Below are positions 54,431-64,000 of a stretch of DNA of 64,000 nt, piece by piece. Position 1 is the stretch's first letter. Every line of letters starts with the position of its first letter. The DNA is taken from positions 64,001 to 128,000 of the forward strand of contig CAVTUQ010000028.1 in assembly GCA_963737905.1 (NCBI GenBank). Direction: 5' to 3'. Source of the DNA: an uncultured delta proteobacterium (GTDB taxonomy: Bacteria > Desulfobacterota > Binatia > UBA9968). The position numbers were made by a program, and so were the translations under genes. Below the pieces are notes generated by a model that was not told the origin of the DNA, searched no databases, and worked only from the letters and a program-made list of their open reading frames with translations.

Positions 54431-54539
54431 ACGCGGTTTTTGCGTCTTTGCGCGAGATGTGTCGACTTTTGATTCCGACTCGCTGCGCTTGGCCCTCCGT
54501 GATGGATGATGGCGATCCTCGATCCTCTATTCTCGATCT

Positions 54540-55945
54540 TCAAGCCAGCTTTACGTGACTTGCCGCGTTTTCTCCCGCGAGAATCCCGGTCACGACAGCC
54601 TGCATCAAGCCGCCCGTGTAACCGCCTCGATATCCGCCCATCAGCCCACCGATGGTGTCTCCGGCAGCGTATAATCCCCTGATAGGTTTGTCGTCGAGAT
54701 TCAGCGCCTGACAGCGCCCACTGACCAGCACGCCCCCCATGGTAAAGGTGATACCGGGCACGACTTTCAAACCGTAATAGGGAGGCCGCAGTGGCTTTGG
54801 CTTTCCCGTTCTCGGCACGGCCAGCGAACCCGCATTACTAGAGTGCACGATGCGATTGTACTGCTCCACTGTTTTAGTCAAATTTGCTGTATCGACTCCA
54901 ATTTTCTGCGCAAGTCCTTCGAGGGCTTCATGACTGAAGATATCGCCCCCATTGTCCATCAACCAGGGATTGGGCGCCGGTGTTTTAACCGATTGGGAGA
55001 AGGCATCGTCCTTCGCCGCGTCCCAGGTCGCAAAATCGAATATAAGCGCCGCGCCCGTCACATCGTTGGTCCGCGCCAGTTCATTTGCCACCGCGACATC
55101 GCCGCGCCCTTCGTCGACGAAGCGTTCGCCATTGGCGTCGATGAGAATGCCTTCGTCGACAAAAGAGTCCAGCCGGGGATAGGGCCAGAAGCGATCGTCC
55201 GTTAGCGCGTTGCGTGCGATCAAGTGGCCGTAGAAATATTGCAGATTGACCGTCTTGGCGCCGACGGCAAGCGCCATGCGCAATCCGTCGCCGGTGTCCT
55301 GCTTGGAACCGCGCAGCTTGCACTGGTCGGCATGGGCGCCGATATATTTCTTGACCAGCTCCGGGTTGGCGCTGAAGCCGCCGGTGGTAAGAATCGTGGC
55401 GCCAGCGCGCAGTCCGATCTCTGCGCCGTTTTGTTTGGCGATTAAGCCGGTAACGCAGCCGTTCTCGACGATGAGCCGCACACCTTCGCTGCCGTTCAAA
55501 TAGCGTTCCGCCGAGATTCAAAAATTGTTTCTCGAGGCTCGTGAGGGCACGGCCACCGACGTCTTTTTTATAGACCGGGCCGTAGGAGATTTCGCTTTTC
55601 TGGTTGAGCCAGATTCTTCCCGGTGCGGTCTCTTCGATCTCGACACCGACAGTCTGTAACCAACTCGATGGCGCGGCCGCAAGTTTCCGACCAGGCTTTG
55701 ACGAGATCGGGGTAGCCAACCCCTTCGGACATGACGAAGTCGTAGAGTTCCTCGGCGCCGGTCTTGGGGCTCTTGCCGCCGGCGCGCAGACTGCCGGAGG
55801 CCATCAAGACATTCCCATCGCCCAGCTCGCCGCGGCTCTTGTCGATCAGAAGAACTTTGGCGCCAGTTTCCGCGGCGCGTACCGCGGCGGTAAATCCGGC
55901 CATCCCAGCGCCCACAACCAGAACATCACATGAAATATCATTCAT
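54540..55945 (-). CDS. FAD-dependent oxidoreductase (fumarate reductase flavoprotein/TcuA-like), frameshifted
   Basis: VVGAGMAG, TTGGFSAN, TGDG, ITFTMGGV and GLYAAGD across ORFs 55568-55945, 55081-55719 and 54540-55499. Confidence 0.85.
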
Positions 55946-55963
55946 GATTTTCCCGTCCGTCAG

Positions 55964-55999
55964 CTTGAACGTTTTGAACGACTTGAACTGCTTGAACGG
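55964..55999. repeat. Tandem 9-mer repeat (YTTGAACNN) x4
   Basis: cttgaacgt tttgaacga cttgaactg cttgaacgg. Confidence 0.75.
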
Positions 56000-56015
56000 C
56001 TTTCGTCCTCGAAAG

Positions 56016-56991
56016 CTACGGAATTTTGTAGCCTAACTCCTTGGCCACTTCCGTCGCCAGTCGGTCATCGGCGACCTCCGTGAAAGACAATCTTGCGGTC
56101 GGTAAATCGGCCCTGTGCTTGGAGCGAGCGGACCAGGTTTTCGATTCCGGCTCGATTGGGAATGCCGGTGGGATTCAAAGTTGTTTGAAACGCATCATAG
56201 GTTTCCGAAGCGGCCTCCTTGTCCATTTTCAAAATCCGACTGATTAACTCCACTGTCTTGGGCTTGGATTTTCGGACCTCGTCCTTGGCGGCCTGCAGCG
56301 CGTAAATAACCCGTTTCACCTCAGCCGGCCTGGATTGAATGGTTTTGATGAGCGAGGTCAAACCCCCTCCCGGCATCTCGACCATCGATCCCACGTCCAT
56401 GATTTTGGTGTACCCCTTTTTTGCCGCGCCGAATGTGACCGGCGGAGATAACAGCGCTGCTTCGACGAAGCCGGATTCAAGGGAGTAAAATACCTGAATC
56501 TGTTGTCCGGGTATTCCCACCATCACATAATCTTTTGGGTTGGCGCCGGACTTCTCTACCGCGATCATCAAAGCAACGTGGTTGGTGCCGCCCGCCCCTC
56601 CCGAAATGGCGATTTTTTTCCCTTTGAGTTCCTGCAGACTTTTGTATTGCGGCGCGGCCTGGAGCCAATACGAAATTCTATCCGACGAAAACCAGATCGC
56701 CCGCGACGGTAAACCACTCAAGGTCGCGGAGACGGAAGCCGGCCCAACACCGGCAACGTAATCGATATCGCCCTGCGCCAGCGCTGCCGCCGCGAGAGAC
56801 GGGCTCATGACGATCAACTCCACGTCAAACCGTTGGCGGTAAACATACCCCAATCCTTCGCTGCCAATAACGGCAAGGCCGTGATCGTAAAGCCGGCATT
56901 GGATATACGAACCTTGGTGCGTCGTTCCTGGGCGTCGGCACTGGTCAAATTCTCTACTGGCCGAGAGTAAAGTGACGAGTAGCTGAATCAA
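56016..56991 (-). CDS. NitT/TauT-family substrate-binding protein, frameshifted; tandem paralog of the next gene
   Basis: QGDIDY.AGVGPASV.ATL.G and VEMPGGGLT; the C-terminus EVAKELGYKIP* ends at 56016 in another frame. Confidence 0.8.
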
Positions 56992-58058
56992 CTAAAAGAC
57001 TCTTTGTGAACCTTGCGAAGCAGTAGAGCCTCCGGTATGCAGGATCTCGATGTCAGGGGAATCTTGTATCCCAGCTCTTTCGCCACTTCCGTTGCCAGGC
57101 GATCGTCGGCGATATCGCTAAAAGACACTTTGCGATCGACATGGCGGCCTTGCGATTGTACCGCCTTGACCAGAATCTCCATCCCGGTGTGGCTGGGAAT
57201 CCCGGTTTGACTGAGCGTGGTCAAAAACTGATCGTAAGTCTCGCTCGCCGCTTCTTTATCCATCTTGAGCAAGCGGGTAATCAGTTCGACGGTCTTCGAC
57301 TTCGATCTTCGAATTTCGTCTTTGGCGAGCTGGAGCGAGCGTATGACCCGTTTGGTTTCCGCGGGCCGCTCCTGAATCGTTTTCACCAGCGTGGTCAGCC
57401 CCCCGCCTGGCATTTCCACCATCGCGCCGACGTCCAGGACTTTGTAGAAACCCTTTTTCTGTGCACCAAAAGTGACCGGAGGGGAGAGAAGTGCCGCATC
57501 GACGTAGCCCGATTCCAAAGAAATAAGCTGTTGAATTTGTTGTCCGCCAATCGACACCAAAACAAAGTCTTTCGGATTCACGCCGAGTTTTTCCAGCGCC
57601 ATATTGAAAGCGACGTGAATCGTGCCGCCCAGTCCGGTGATGGAAATTTTCTTGGATTTTAAGCTTTCGAGAGTTTTGAATTGCGGCTTCGCCATCAACC
57701 AGTAAGATATCTTATCGGACGAAAACCAAATGGCGCGTGTCGCAAAGCCGGCCAATGTCGCGTTGACCGATGCAGGGCCAACGCCAGCCTGATAGTCGAT
57801 GTCGCCTTGGGTCAGAGCCGCCGGCACCAACGCGGACTGCATGAGAATAACCTCCATATCCAGCCCATTGGCGGTAAAAACGCCCCAATCCTTCGCCGCC
57901 AACAGCGGCAAGGCGGTGATAGTAAAACCGGCGTTGGAAATTCTCGCCTTGACTCGCCGTTCCTGGGCATCGGCCCTGGCAAGCAAGGCCCACGTCAATC
58001 CAATGACCGCAATCAGTTGCGGCAACCAACGCCAAACGGATTTAGAATGTTTTCGCAT
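56988..58058 (-). CDS. NitT/TauT-family substrate-binding protein (true stop probably 57053)
   Basis: Signal peptide, AKDWGVF...GLD.EVI and LKSKKISI; ends ELGYKIP like its paralog. Confidence 0.85.
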   Translation of the reverse strand: MRKHSKSVWRWLPQLIAVIGLTWALLARADAQERRVKARISNAGFTITALPLLAAKDWGVFTANGLDMEVILMQSALVPAALTQGDIDYQAGVGPASVNATLAGFATRAIWFSSDKISYWLMAKPQFKTLESLKSKKISITGLGGTIHVAFNMALEKLGVNPKDFVLVSIGGQQIQQLISLESGYVDAALLSPPVTFGAQKKGFYKVLDVGAMVEMPGGGLTTLVKTIQERPAETKRVIRSLQLAKDEIRRSKSKTVELITRLLKMDKEAASETYDQFLTTLSQTGIPSHTGMEILVKAVQSQGRHVDRKVSFSDIADDRLATEVAKELGYKIPLTSRSCIPEALLLRKVHKESFS

Positions 58059-58167
58059 GAAAACTTGGTCTCCATAATTACCCGGCTAACATTCATTCAT
58101 TGCAATAATCTACAACGTCTCTAAGGCAACCCCGATCGCAACTCCGGTGGTTTGGGCAAAGCGCTCG

Positions 58168-58308
58168 TTAAGGAAACGGGAGCCGTCGGATGTCTTTCTG
58201 TCCGGGAGTCAGCCAGCGGATCGACGCATTGCCGTATTCCGCAAGCTCGCTCATCGACTCGATGACATGACCGTCGCAATCCAACATACGAATGGACTCG
58301 GTGTTCAT
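58168..58308 (-). pseudogene. N-terminal remnant of an amidohydrolase-2 family protein
   Basis: GGAGG RBS, then MNTESIRMLDCDGHVIE (D-x-D-x-H-x-x-E), followed by an early stop. Confidence 0.55.
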
Positions 58309-58561
58309 GATTTCCTCCGGCTCTTGTTTATCACTCCTATAGCCGAGAGGGAAAAGAAATGTCAATTGTGTTCGGCGATAGGCAAATATCGTGAGTGGCT
58401 CTACAGATGAACCGCCGCCGATGCACGTGGAGTTGTTAACTCCGAAAATGGCTCGCAATAGTTTCGGCCAAATGCACCCGGTAGAGGAAGAGCTATTCTT
58501 TGCGAATGGGGCGGACAGAAAGAGTGGATACCACGACGGATATTTTCAGAGGTGGGGAGAT

Positions 58562-58822
58562 TTATTCAATGTCATGAACTTCGTCCTTACGCGAAAATAT
58601 TTCCCAAGCTAACAGGCAGCCATCTACGAACATGTCTTTAGCGGTACTGTGAATGTGCCGGGTAAAGTCCCGATAGTTGGCAGCGAACCAGTCCCATATG
58701 TAGATGCGGTCTTTTAGGTCAAACGCACAAAGCAGATACTCAAAATCCTCACCTGTAAATGCCTTCCTCGTTAGCGCCTCGGTTGCTAAGTCAAATCCTA
58801 TGCTATCAACTTGCCTAGACAT
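58562..58822 (-). CDS. Small hypothetical ORF in an AT-rich patch
   Basis: 86-aa ORF with plausible composition and an AGGAG upstream; no family recognised. Confidence 0.3.
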   Translation of the reverse strand: MSRQVDSIGFDLATEALTRKAFTGEDFEYLLCAFDLKDRIYIWDWFAANYRDFTRHIHSTAKDMFVDGCLLAWEIFSRKDEVHDIE

Positions 58823-59103
58823 TGTTGGGTTATTTTACTCCTGGGATCTTTGTGTGTCCATACATCCACTCGAACCAATCCATCCCATTGATTAATAACA
58901 CGTATCTTCATGTTAGTTTTACATGGGCAGGACCCGCTGTAGGGTTCGGTGGGAAGTGTTGGCTTCCTAGATGCTCTGAGGTCATATAAGCCGTCAAAAC
59001 ATAGGTCGATTTATTTTCTCAGTAAGGACTAGTATAGTCAGTTCGATTCAGGGCTTGCACGGAATGGTCTGAACGGTCAGTCAACAGAAAAGGAATTTAT
59101 CCT

Positions 59104-59727
59104 ATGAAAAGTATGGCTTCCACTAAAAAGATCGATGTGCCCAGCGAACATTGGGATCGATTGTACGCTCCCAGTTCTTGTCTGGTCATGATCACCACCA
59201 TCGACAAAGAAGGCCGGATCAACGCCGCCTCATACGGCACTTGTGTTAGGGTATGTCACGATCCGGTGTACATCGCTTTCACGACGGGGGCTACCAAAGA
59301 TACCTACAATAATGTTCTGGCAACCGAGGAATTCGTCGTAAACGTTCCTTCCTTTGAGCGGGAGATCCTCGAGAAGGTAAGGGTTGTCGGACTGGAATTC
59401 CCGCCGGGAATCAATGAGCTTGAGAAAGCCGGCCTAACGTCCCTCCCCTCTACGGTCGTAAAGCCTCCCCGGATAGCGGAATGCAGGAGTCATTTCGAAT
59501 GCAGGGTTGAATGGACAAAGCAGTGGCTGCATCGCTTAATGGTCGTAGGAAAGGTCGTCGCCGCTTCTGTGGATGAGGGATGCGTAGACGAACGAGGCTA
59601 TCTCGCGTGGGAAAAGGTGAAGCCGGCGCATTATTGCGGTCACGAATACAAGAGCAAGTTCGTCGCGGCTTACCAGACCCTGGAAGTCGATATGGTCTAT
59701 AACGAACCCATTGGCCCGCGAAATTAG
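59104..59727 (+). CDS. Flavin reductase-like (DIM6/NTAB, flavoredoxin) protein
   Basis: ITT...G.INAA, KDTYNNVLAT.EFVVN, NELEKAGLT and PPRIAEC..HFEC. Confidence 0.88.
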   Translation: MKSMASTKKIDVPSEHWDRLYAPSSCLVMITTIDKEGRINAASYGTCVRVCHDPVYIAFTTGATKDTYNNVLATEEFVVNVPSFEREILEKVRVVGLEFPPGINELEKAGLTSLPSTVVKPPRIAECRSHFECRVEWTKQWLHRLMVVGKVVAASVDEGCVDERGYLAWEKVKPAHYCGHEYKSKFVAAYQTLEVDMVYNEPIGPRN

Positions 59728-59782
59728 ACAAACCGCGGGGAAGGCCGGTATATACTGTTTTGGATTCTTAAAGAGTAAGAGC

Positions 59783-61531
59783 ATGAATAGACTTCCGGCT
59801 GGGCAAAAATCCGAATCGATCTCGGTCGATCCGATAACTCTGGAAGTGATTCGTCATGGGATCATTTCTATCTGCGATCAGATCGACGCCAATATGACGC
59901 GTACGGCATTCAGCCCGTACATCTATGAATACAAGGACTACGCGGTGGGCTTTGTTAGCGCCGAGGGAGAGTTGTTGGCCCAGTGCACGGGCGGCATGCC
60001 GGTCTTTGTGGCCGATTCCGTCGGCATGGCGGTGCGCGACGGCTTGGAAGTTTACGGTCGAGACAATCTCCACAAAGGTGATGTTGTCCTCTGCAATCAC
60101 GCCGCGGTCCAAGGCCAACACCTCAATAACACGGTGATGTACACGCCGGTCTTCGCCGGTCCCAAGGGCGATGAACTGATCGGTTTCTTCGCTGTCAACT
60201 GCCATTGGATCGACATCGGCGGCTCGGCCATCGGCTCCGTCTCTTACTCGTCCACCGATATTTTCATGGAGGGACTTCAGTTGCGCTCGATCAAGCTATG
60301 GTCGAAGGGCGAGCCTATCGACGAAGTTTATCGCATCATCGAGAACAACACGCGCTTTCCCTTGGAATTACTCGGCGACATCGAAGCGCAACTGGGCGGC
60401 TGTCTATTAGGCCGGGATCTTACACAGGCGATGACCGACAAATACGGCACGATCGTTTTTCTTGGCGCGTTGGATACCATTCTCGACCAGTGCGAAGCCG
60501 CAACACGGGAGAAAATCCGCGCGATTTCTGATGGCATCTATCAGCACGAAGCATTTTTGGATAACGACGGTGTGCGTGACGAAAAGATTCCGATCAAAGT
60601 CAAAGTCGTCGTCGCCGGCGATGAGATGACCATCGACTATTCGGACATGTCGCCTCAGGTGCGCGGCTGCATCAATTCGGGCTTCTATGGTGGCGGGCGA
60701 ACCACCGCGCGCGTGGCGTTCAAATATTTGATTGCGACGGAAGAGCCCGCCAACGAGGGAACTTTTCGGCCGCTCAAAATGATTCTTCCTGAAGGTAAGT
60801 TGTTGAGCGCCGAGCCCACCGCCGCGATGGGGTTGTACAGCATTCCGTTTCCGACGGTCATCGACTGCATTATTAAAGCGTTGGAGCCCGCCCTGCCGCA
60901 CCGCGTCACCGGCGCTCATTTCGGAACTTTTTCGTCGTTGAGCTTTGCTGGCAAACGGACGGATAACGGCGCATTTTTCAAAGCCAACGACAGCGGTCAC
61001 GGCGGCTGGGGCGCTTGCGCCACGCATGACGGCGCGGGGCCGTTTCGCACCATGGCGCACGGCGATACGCGGCTCATTCCCATAGAGTTGCAGGAGTCGA
61101 TGTATCCTTTCCGTGTCGAAGAGTTCTGCCTGCGGCAAGATTCAGGCGGTCCAGGAAAATGGCGCGGCGGCTTGGGCTTCGAAAAACAGTATGTCTTGCT
61201 CGCGCCCTGCGAACTATGGGCGAACTTCGACCGCATCGGTTGCCCGCCCTGGGGCGTGCAAGGCGCCAAAGCCGCGAAGTCGGGACAAGTGCTGATCTTC
61301 AAGAACGGGGAACAGGAACCTGAGTTACTTTACAAAACCGAAAATTGTCCATTGCAAGCCGGCGATCGCGTACGCATGTCCACCGGCGGTGGCGGCGGCC
61401 ACGGCGATCCGAGAGAACGCCCGCTGGAGTTGGTGGAGCGCGATGTGATCCGTGGTTTTGTCTCACACGAAAGCGCGCGCGAAGATTACGGCATCGTGAT
61501 CGACTATAACGGCAAAGCGCGCCGACTATAG
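59783..61531 (+). CDS. Hydantoinase B/oxoprolinase family protein
   Basis: DPITLEVI, RTAFSP.IYE..D, HLNN, HWIDIGG, EGLQL, DSGGPGKWRGG and GGGG.GDP.ER. Confidence 0.92.
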   Translation: MNRLPAGQKSESISVDPITLEVIRHGIISICDQIDANMTRTAFSPYIYEYKDYAVGFVSAEGELLAQCTGGMPVFVADSVGMAVRDGLEVYGRDNLHKGDVVLCNHAAVQGQHLNNTVMYTPVFAGPKGDELIGFFAVNCHWIDIGGSAIGSVSYSSTDIFMEGLQLRSIKLWSKGEPIDEVYRIIENNTRFPLELLGDIEAQLGGCLLGRDLTQAMTDKYGTIVFLGALDTILDQCEAATREKIRAISDGIYQHEAFLDNDGVRDEKIPIKVKVVVAGDEMTIDYSDMSPQVRGCINSGFYGGGRTTARVAFKYLIATEEPANEGTFRPLKMILPEGKLLSAEPTAAMGLYSIPFPTVIDCIIKALEPALPHRVTGAHFGTFSSLSFAGKRTDNGAFFKANDSGHGGWGACATHDGAGPFRTMAHGDTRLIPIELQESMYPFRVEEFCLRQDSGGPGKWRGGLGFEKQYVLLAPCELWANFDRIGCPPWGVQGAKAAKSGQVLIFKNGEQEPELLYKTENCPLQAGDRVRMSTGGGGGHGDPRERPLELVERDVIRGFVSHESAREDYGIVIDYNGKARRL

Positions 61532-61534
61532 TCG

Positions 61535-61621
61535 GTTCAATGTTCAAGGTTCAAAGTTCAATGTTTTCGGATTGAACTTAGATCTTTAAAAACGTTGAAC
61601 ATTGAACCCGGAACTTTGAAC
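61535..61621. repeat. Inverted arrays of the heptamer GTTCAAN/NTTGAAC forming a long imperfect hairpin
   Basis: gttcaat gttcaag gttcaaa gttcaat gtttt ... aaaac gttgaac attgaac ccggaac tttgaac. Confidence 0.8.
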
Positions 61622-61632
61622 TGGAGTAATTC

Positions 61633-63684
61633 ATGTCCTACGCCGTAGCCGTCGATATCGGCGGCACTTTCACCGATCTAGTTGCCTACGATCACGCAGC
61701 GCAAAAGGTGATTTATGCGAAGAGCCCTACCACGTATGAGAATCTGGTAGAGGGGATCCTCGACTGTTTCAAAAAAGCGGGAGTTAAAGCGGCGGAAGCG
61801 ACGTTGGTCAATCACGGCACAACACTTGTCATCAACTCGCTGATTCAGCGCAAGGGCGCAAAGACAGCCTTGGTCACCAGTAAGGGCTTCCGCGATATTT
61901 TGGAAATCGCCCGGGGCAACCGGCCCGATCCTTTTGATCTCCATTATCAGCGGGATGAACCATTGATACCGCGCGAGCTGCGTCTCGAAGTACCCGAGCG
62001 AACCGGGAGCAAGGGTGAAGTCGTTAATCCACTGGATGTCCCAACGTTGGAAACACTTGCCGGCGAGATAAGGAAACTCGACGTCGAGTCCGTCGCCGTT
62101 TTTTTTATGAACTCCTACGTCAACCCGAGCCATGAAGAGGCCGCGGCGGAAGTTTTGAGAGAGCGTCTACCCGATGTCTACGTCACTTTCAGCACCGATC
62201 TCACCCACGAGTGGTACGAGTATGAGCGCTGTTCTACGGTAGCCGCCAACGCCTATGTGGGGCCACAGGTGAGCACGTATGTCCGCAGACTGGACAGCGA
62301 CCTCAAAGCTCAGGGCTTCACCGGTTCCCTCTTCATGATGGGCTCTAACGGAGGATTGCTGTCGGCGGAGCGAACTTGCCGGCAGCCCATCGGCCTAGTT
62401 GAATCCGGCCCCATCGGCGGCTGCATCGGCGCCAGCGCTTACGCCGAAGCACTGGGTTTCAAAAACGTCGTCGCCTTCGACATGGGCGGCACCACTGCAA
62501 AAAGCGCACTGGTGGAAAACGGCCGCTTCTCGGTGAACTCCGTCTACTACGCCGGCGGTTACGTGCGCGGCTTTCCGATCAAATCGTCGGTCATTGACAT
62601 TGTCGAAGTCGGATCCGGCGGCGGCTCTATCGCATGGCTCGACTCGCAAAAGCGGCTCCACGTCGGCCCGCAGAGCGCGGGCTCGACGCCGGGCCCGGTA
62701 TGCTACGGCCGCGGTGGCAACGAACCGACGATCACAGACGCAAACTTGGTTCTCGGGCGGCTCAATCCTGATAACTTTCTCGGCGGCGACATGAAGCTCA
62801 ATGTGAATGCAGCTGAGCGCGCTATCGATCAACGGATCGCGCAGCCGCTGGGCTACACTGCGCGCGACGGCATGGTCCGGATGGCCGATGGCATGATCTC
62901 CATCGCTACCGTGATCATGGCCGGAGCCATCCGGCGCATCTCCGTGGAGCATGGGCTCGATCCACGGGATTTCGTGCTCTTCAGTTACGGCGGCGGCGGA
63001 CCGCTCCATGCCTGCGCGCTGGCGCATGAGTTGTCGATTCCGACCGTGGTCATTCCACCCGAGCCGGGAAATTTCTCGGCGATCGGCATGCTGCTCGCCG
63101 ACGCCAGGATCGATACGTCAAAGACCTTCGTCAGTCTGCTGAACGACGTTTCCATCGGCGCCCTTGGTGAAATCTTCGGCGCGATGGAAAAAAATTCGCT
63201 CGAAGCTCTCGAAGCCGAATTTGGGACCAGCGACGTTTTTTTCGAGCGCCACGCTGAGATGCGCTACCGCGGTCAGCGGCACAACATAAAAGTCCCCGTC
63301 TCCGGATTGAAAGACGCGGCGGCCGTCCGTGACGCCTTCGAACGCGACTACCGGCGCCGCTACGGTCATGCCGATGCCAAGGCCCCGGCCGAATTTCAAG
63401 CGCTGCATCTTTCGGCTTTCGCGCGCTTGAAACGTCCGGATATCGCCCGCTTGCCGCGCCCTGCTGTCAAGGCGCAGCCTTCGCATAAACGGCAAGTCTA
63501 TCTCGGTAGCGCTGGCGGCTGGATAGATGTGCAGATCTTTAACCGCGATGCAATGGAACCCGGCTTCCACGGGGTTGGTCCCGTAGTGATCGAGGAATAC
63601 GGCTCAACGACGGTGGTCTGGCCAGGCGATCGATTCGAGATCGGCGCCATGCACGAGATTCGAATTTATTGCTCCAAGCAATAG
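61633..63684 (+). CDS. Hydantoinase A/oxoprolinase family protein
   Basis: DIGGTFTD, HGTT, ESGP.GG, DMGGTT, GSGGGSIA, SAGSTPGP.CY and GGGGPLH. Confidence 0.93.
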   Translation: MSYAVAVDIGGTFTDLVAYDHAAQKVIYAKSPTTYENLVEGILDCFKKAGVKAAEATLVNHGTTLVINSLIQRKGAKTALVTSKGFRDILEIARGNRPDPFDLHYQRDEPLIPRELRLEVPERTGSKGEVVNPLDVPTLETLAGEIRKLDVESVAVFFMNSYVNPSHEEAAAEVLRERLPDVYVTFSTDLTHEWYEYERCSTVAANAYVGPQVSTYVRRLDSDLKAQGFTGSLFMMGSNGGLLSAERTCRQPIGLVESGPIGGCIGASAYAEALGFKNVVAFDMGGTTAKSALVENGRFSVNSVYYAGGYVRGFPIKSSVIDIVEVGSGGGSIAWLDSQKRLHVGPQSAGSTPGPVCYGRGGNEPTITDANLVLGRLNPDNFLGGDMKLNVNAAERAIDQRIAQPLGYTARDGMVRMADGMISIATVIMAGAIRRISVEHGLDPRDFVLFSYGGGGPLHACALAHELSIPTVVIPPEPGNFSAIGMLLADARIDTSKTFVSLLNDVSIGALGEIFGAMEKNSLEALEAEFGTSDVFFERHAEMRYRGQRHNIKVPVSGLKDAAAVRDAFERDYRRRYGHADAKAPAEFQALHLSAFARLKRPDIARLPRPAVKAQPSHKRQVYLGSAGGWIDVQIFNRDAMEPGFHGVGPVVIEEYGSTTVVWPGDRFEIGAMHEIRIYCSKQ

Positions 63685-63694
63685 AAAATCTGTT

Positions 63695-64000
63695 GTGGAT
63701 CCGGCAAGTCATCTAAACCCCAAACACCGAACCGTGGATCCCATTACCCTCGAGGTGATTCGCCACGGCCTTGTCTCAATCACCGACCAGATCGATGCAA
63801 ACATTTCGCGAACCGCTTTCAGCCCCTATATTTACGAGTATAAGGACTTCGCCGTAGGGCTGGTGGGCCCCGACGGCGAGCTGATCGCACAATGCACCGG
63901 CGGCATGCCGGTTTTCGTCGCCGACTCCGTCGGCATGGCGGTGCGCGACGGACTTGCTGTTTATGGCCGCGAGCGGTTGCATCACGGCGACGTGGTGCTG
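63695..64000 (+). CDS. Second hydantoinase B paralog, runs off the window edge
   Basis: Manual translation gives VDPITLEVIRHGLVSITDQIDANISRTAFSPYIYEYKDFAVG...CTGGMPVFVADSVG, nearly the same as the N-terminus of the 59783 gene. Confidence 0.9.
   Translation, partial: MDPASHLNPKHRTVDPITLEVIRHGLVSITDQIDANISRTAFSPYIYEYKDFAVGLVGPDGELIAQCTGGMPVFVADSVGMAVRDGLAVYGRERLHHGDVVL

Noticed and set aside
465-58058. Many frameshifted genes (slt, VOC, nadA, ku, ligD, binding proteins, hsdS, FAD oxidoreductase) as real pseudogenes or programmed frameshifts
   Set aside because: The breaks are scattered single-base indels in otherwise conserved genes, including nadA, with no shared slippery motif. Long-read consensus error is the simplest explanation.

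Overview
This is a 64-kb chromosomal segment from a GC-rich bacterium. The gene content (many orphan NitT/TauT- and Bug/TctC-type solute-binding proteins, cupins, hydantoinases, a dihydroxyphthalate decarboxylase-like protein, heptamer intergenic repeats) suggests a Ca. Binatia-like deltaproteobacterium; that assignment is inference only. Many genes carry single-base frame breaks, which look like long-read consensus errors. Most of the window is ordinary envelope and metabolic content: Slt-type transglycosylase, Pal, OmpA, DegQ, SurE, NadA, PhnA-like hydrolase, Ku/LigD, NhaP, a vanadium haloperoxidase, a gentisate dioxygenase-like cupin and a hydantoinase B-A-B cluster. The best candidate for an undescribed system is a minus-strand Type I restriction-modification island (about 44.4-54.3 kb, order hsdM-hsdS-cargo-hsdR). 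Its HsdR ends in an in-frame Schlafen/AlbA_2 domain that keeps the putative RNase acidic residues. The hsdS-hsdR gap holds an AT-rich PD-(D/E)XK nuclease-like gene, a relic 3' end of a second hsdS allele, a 29-bp direct repeat, and two antitoxins whose toxins appear deleted. A second candidate is a probable four-domain protein joining an FGGY kinase, a D-2-hydroxyacid dehydrogenase, an SCP2 domain and a class II aldolase (16.9-20.9 kb). I found no rRNA, tRNA or CRISPR array.
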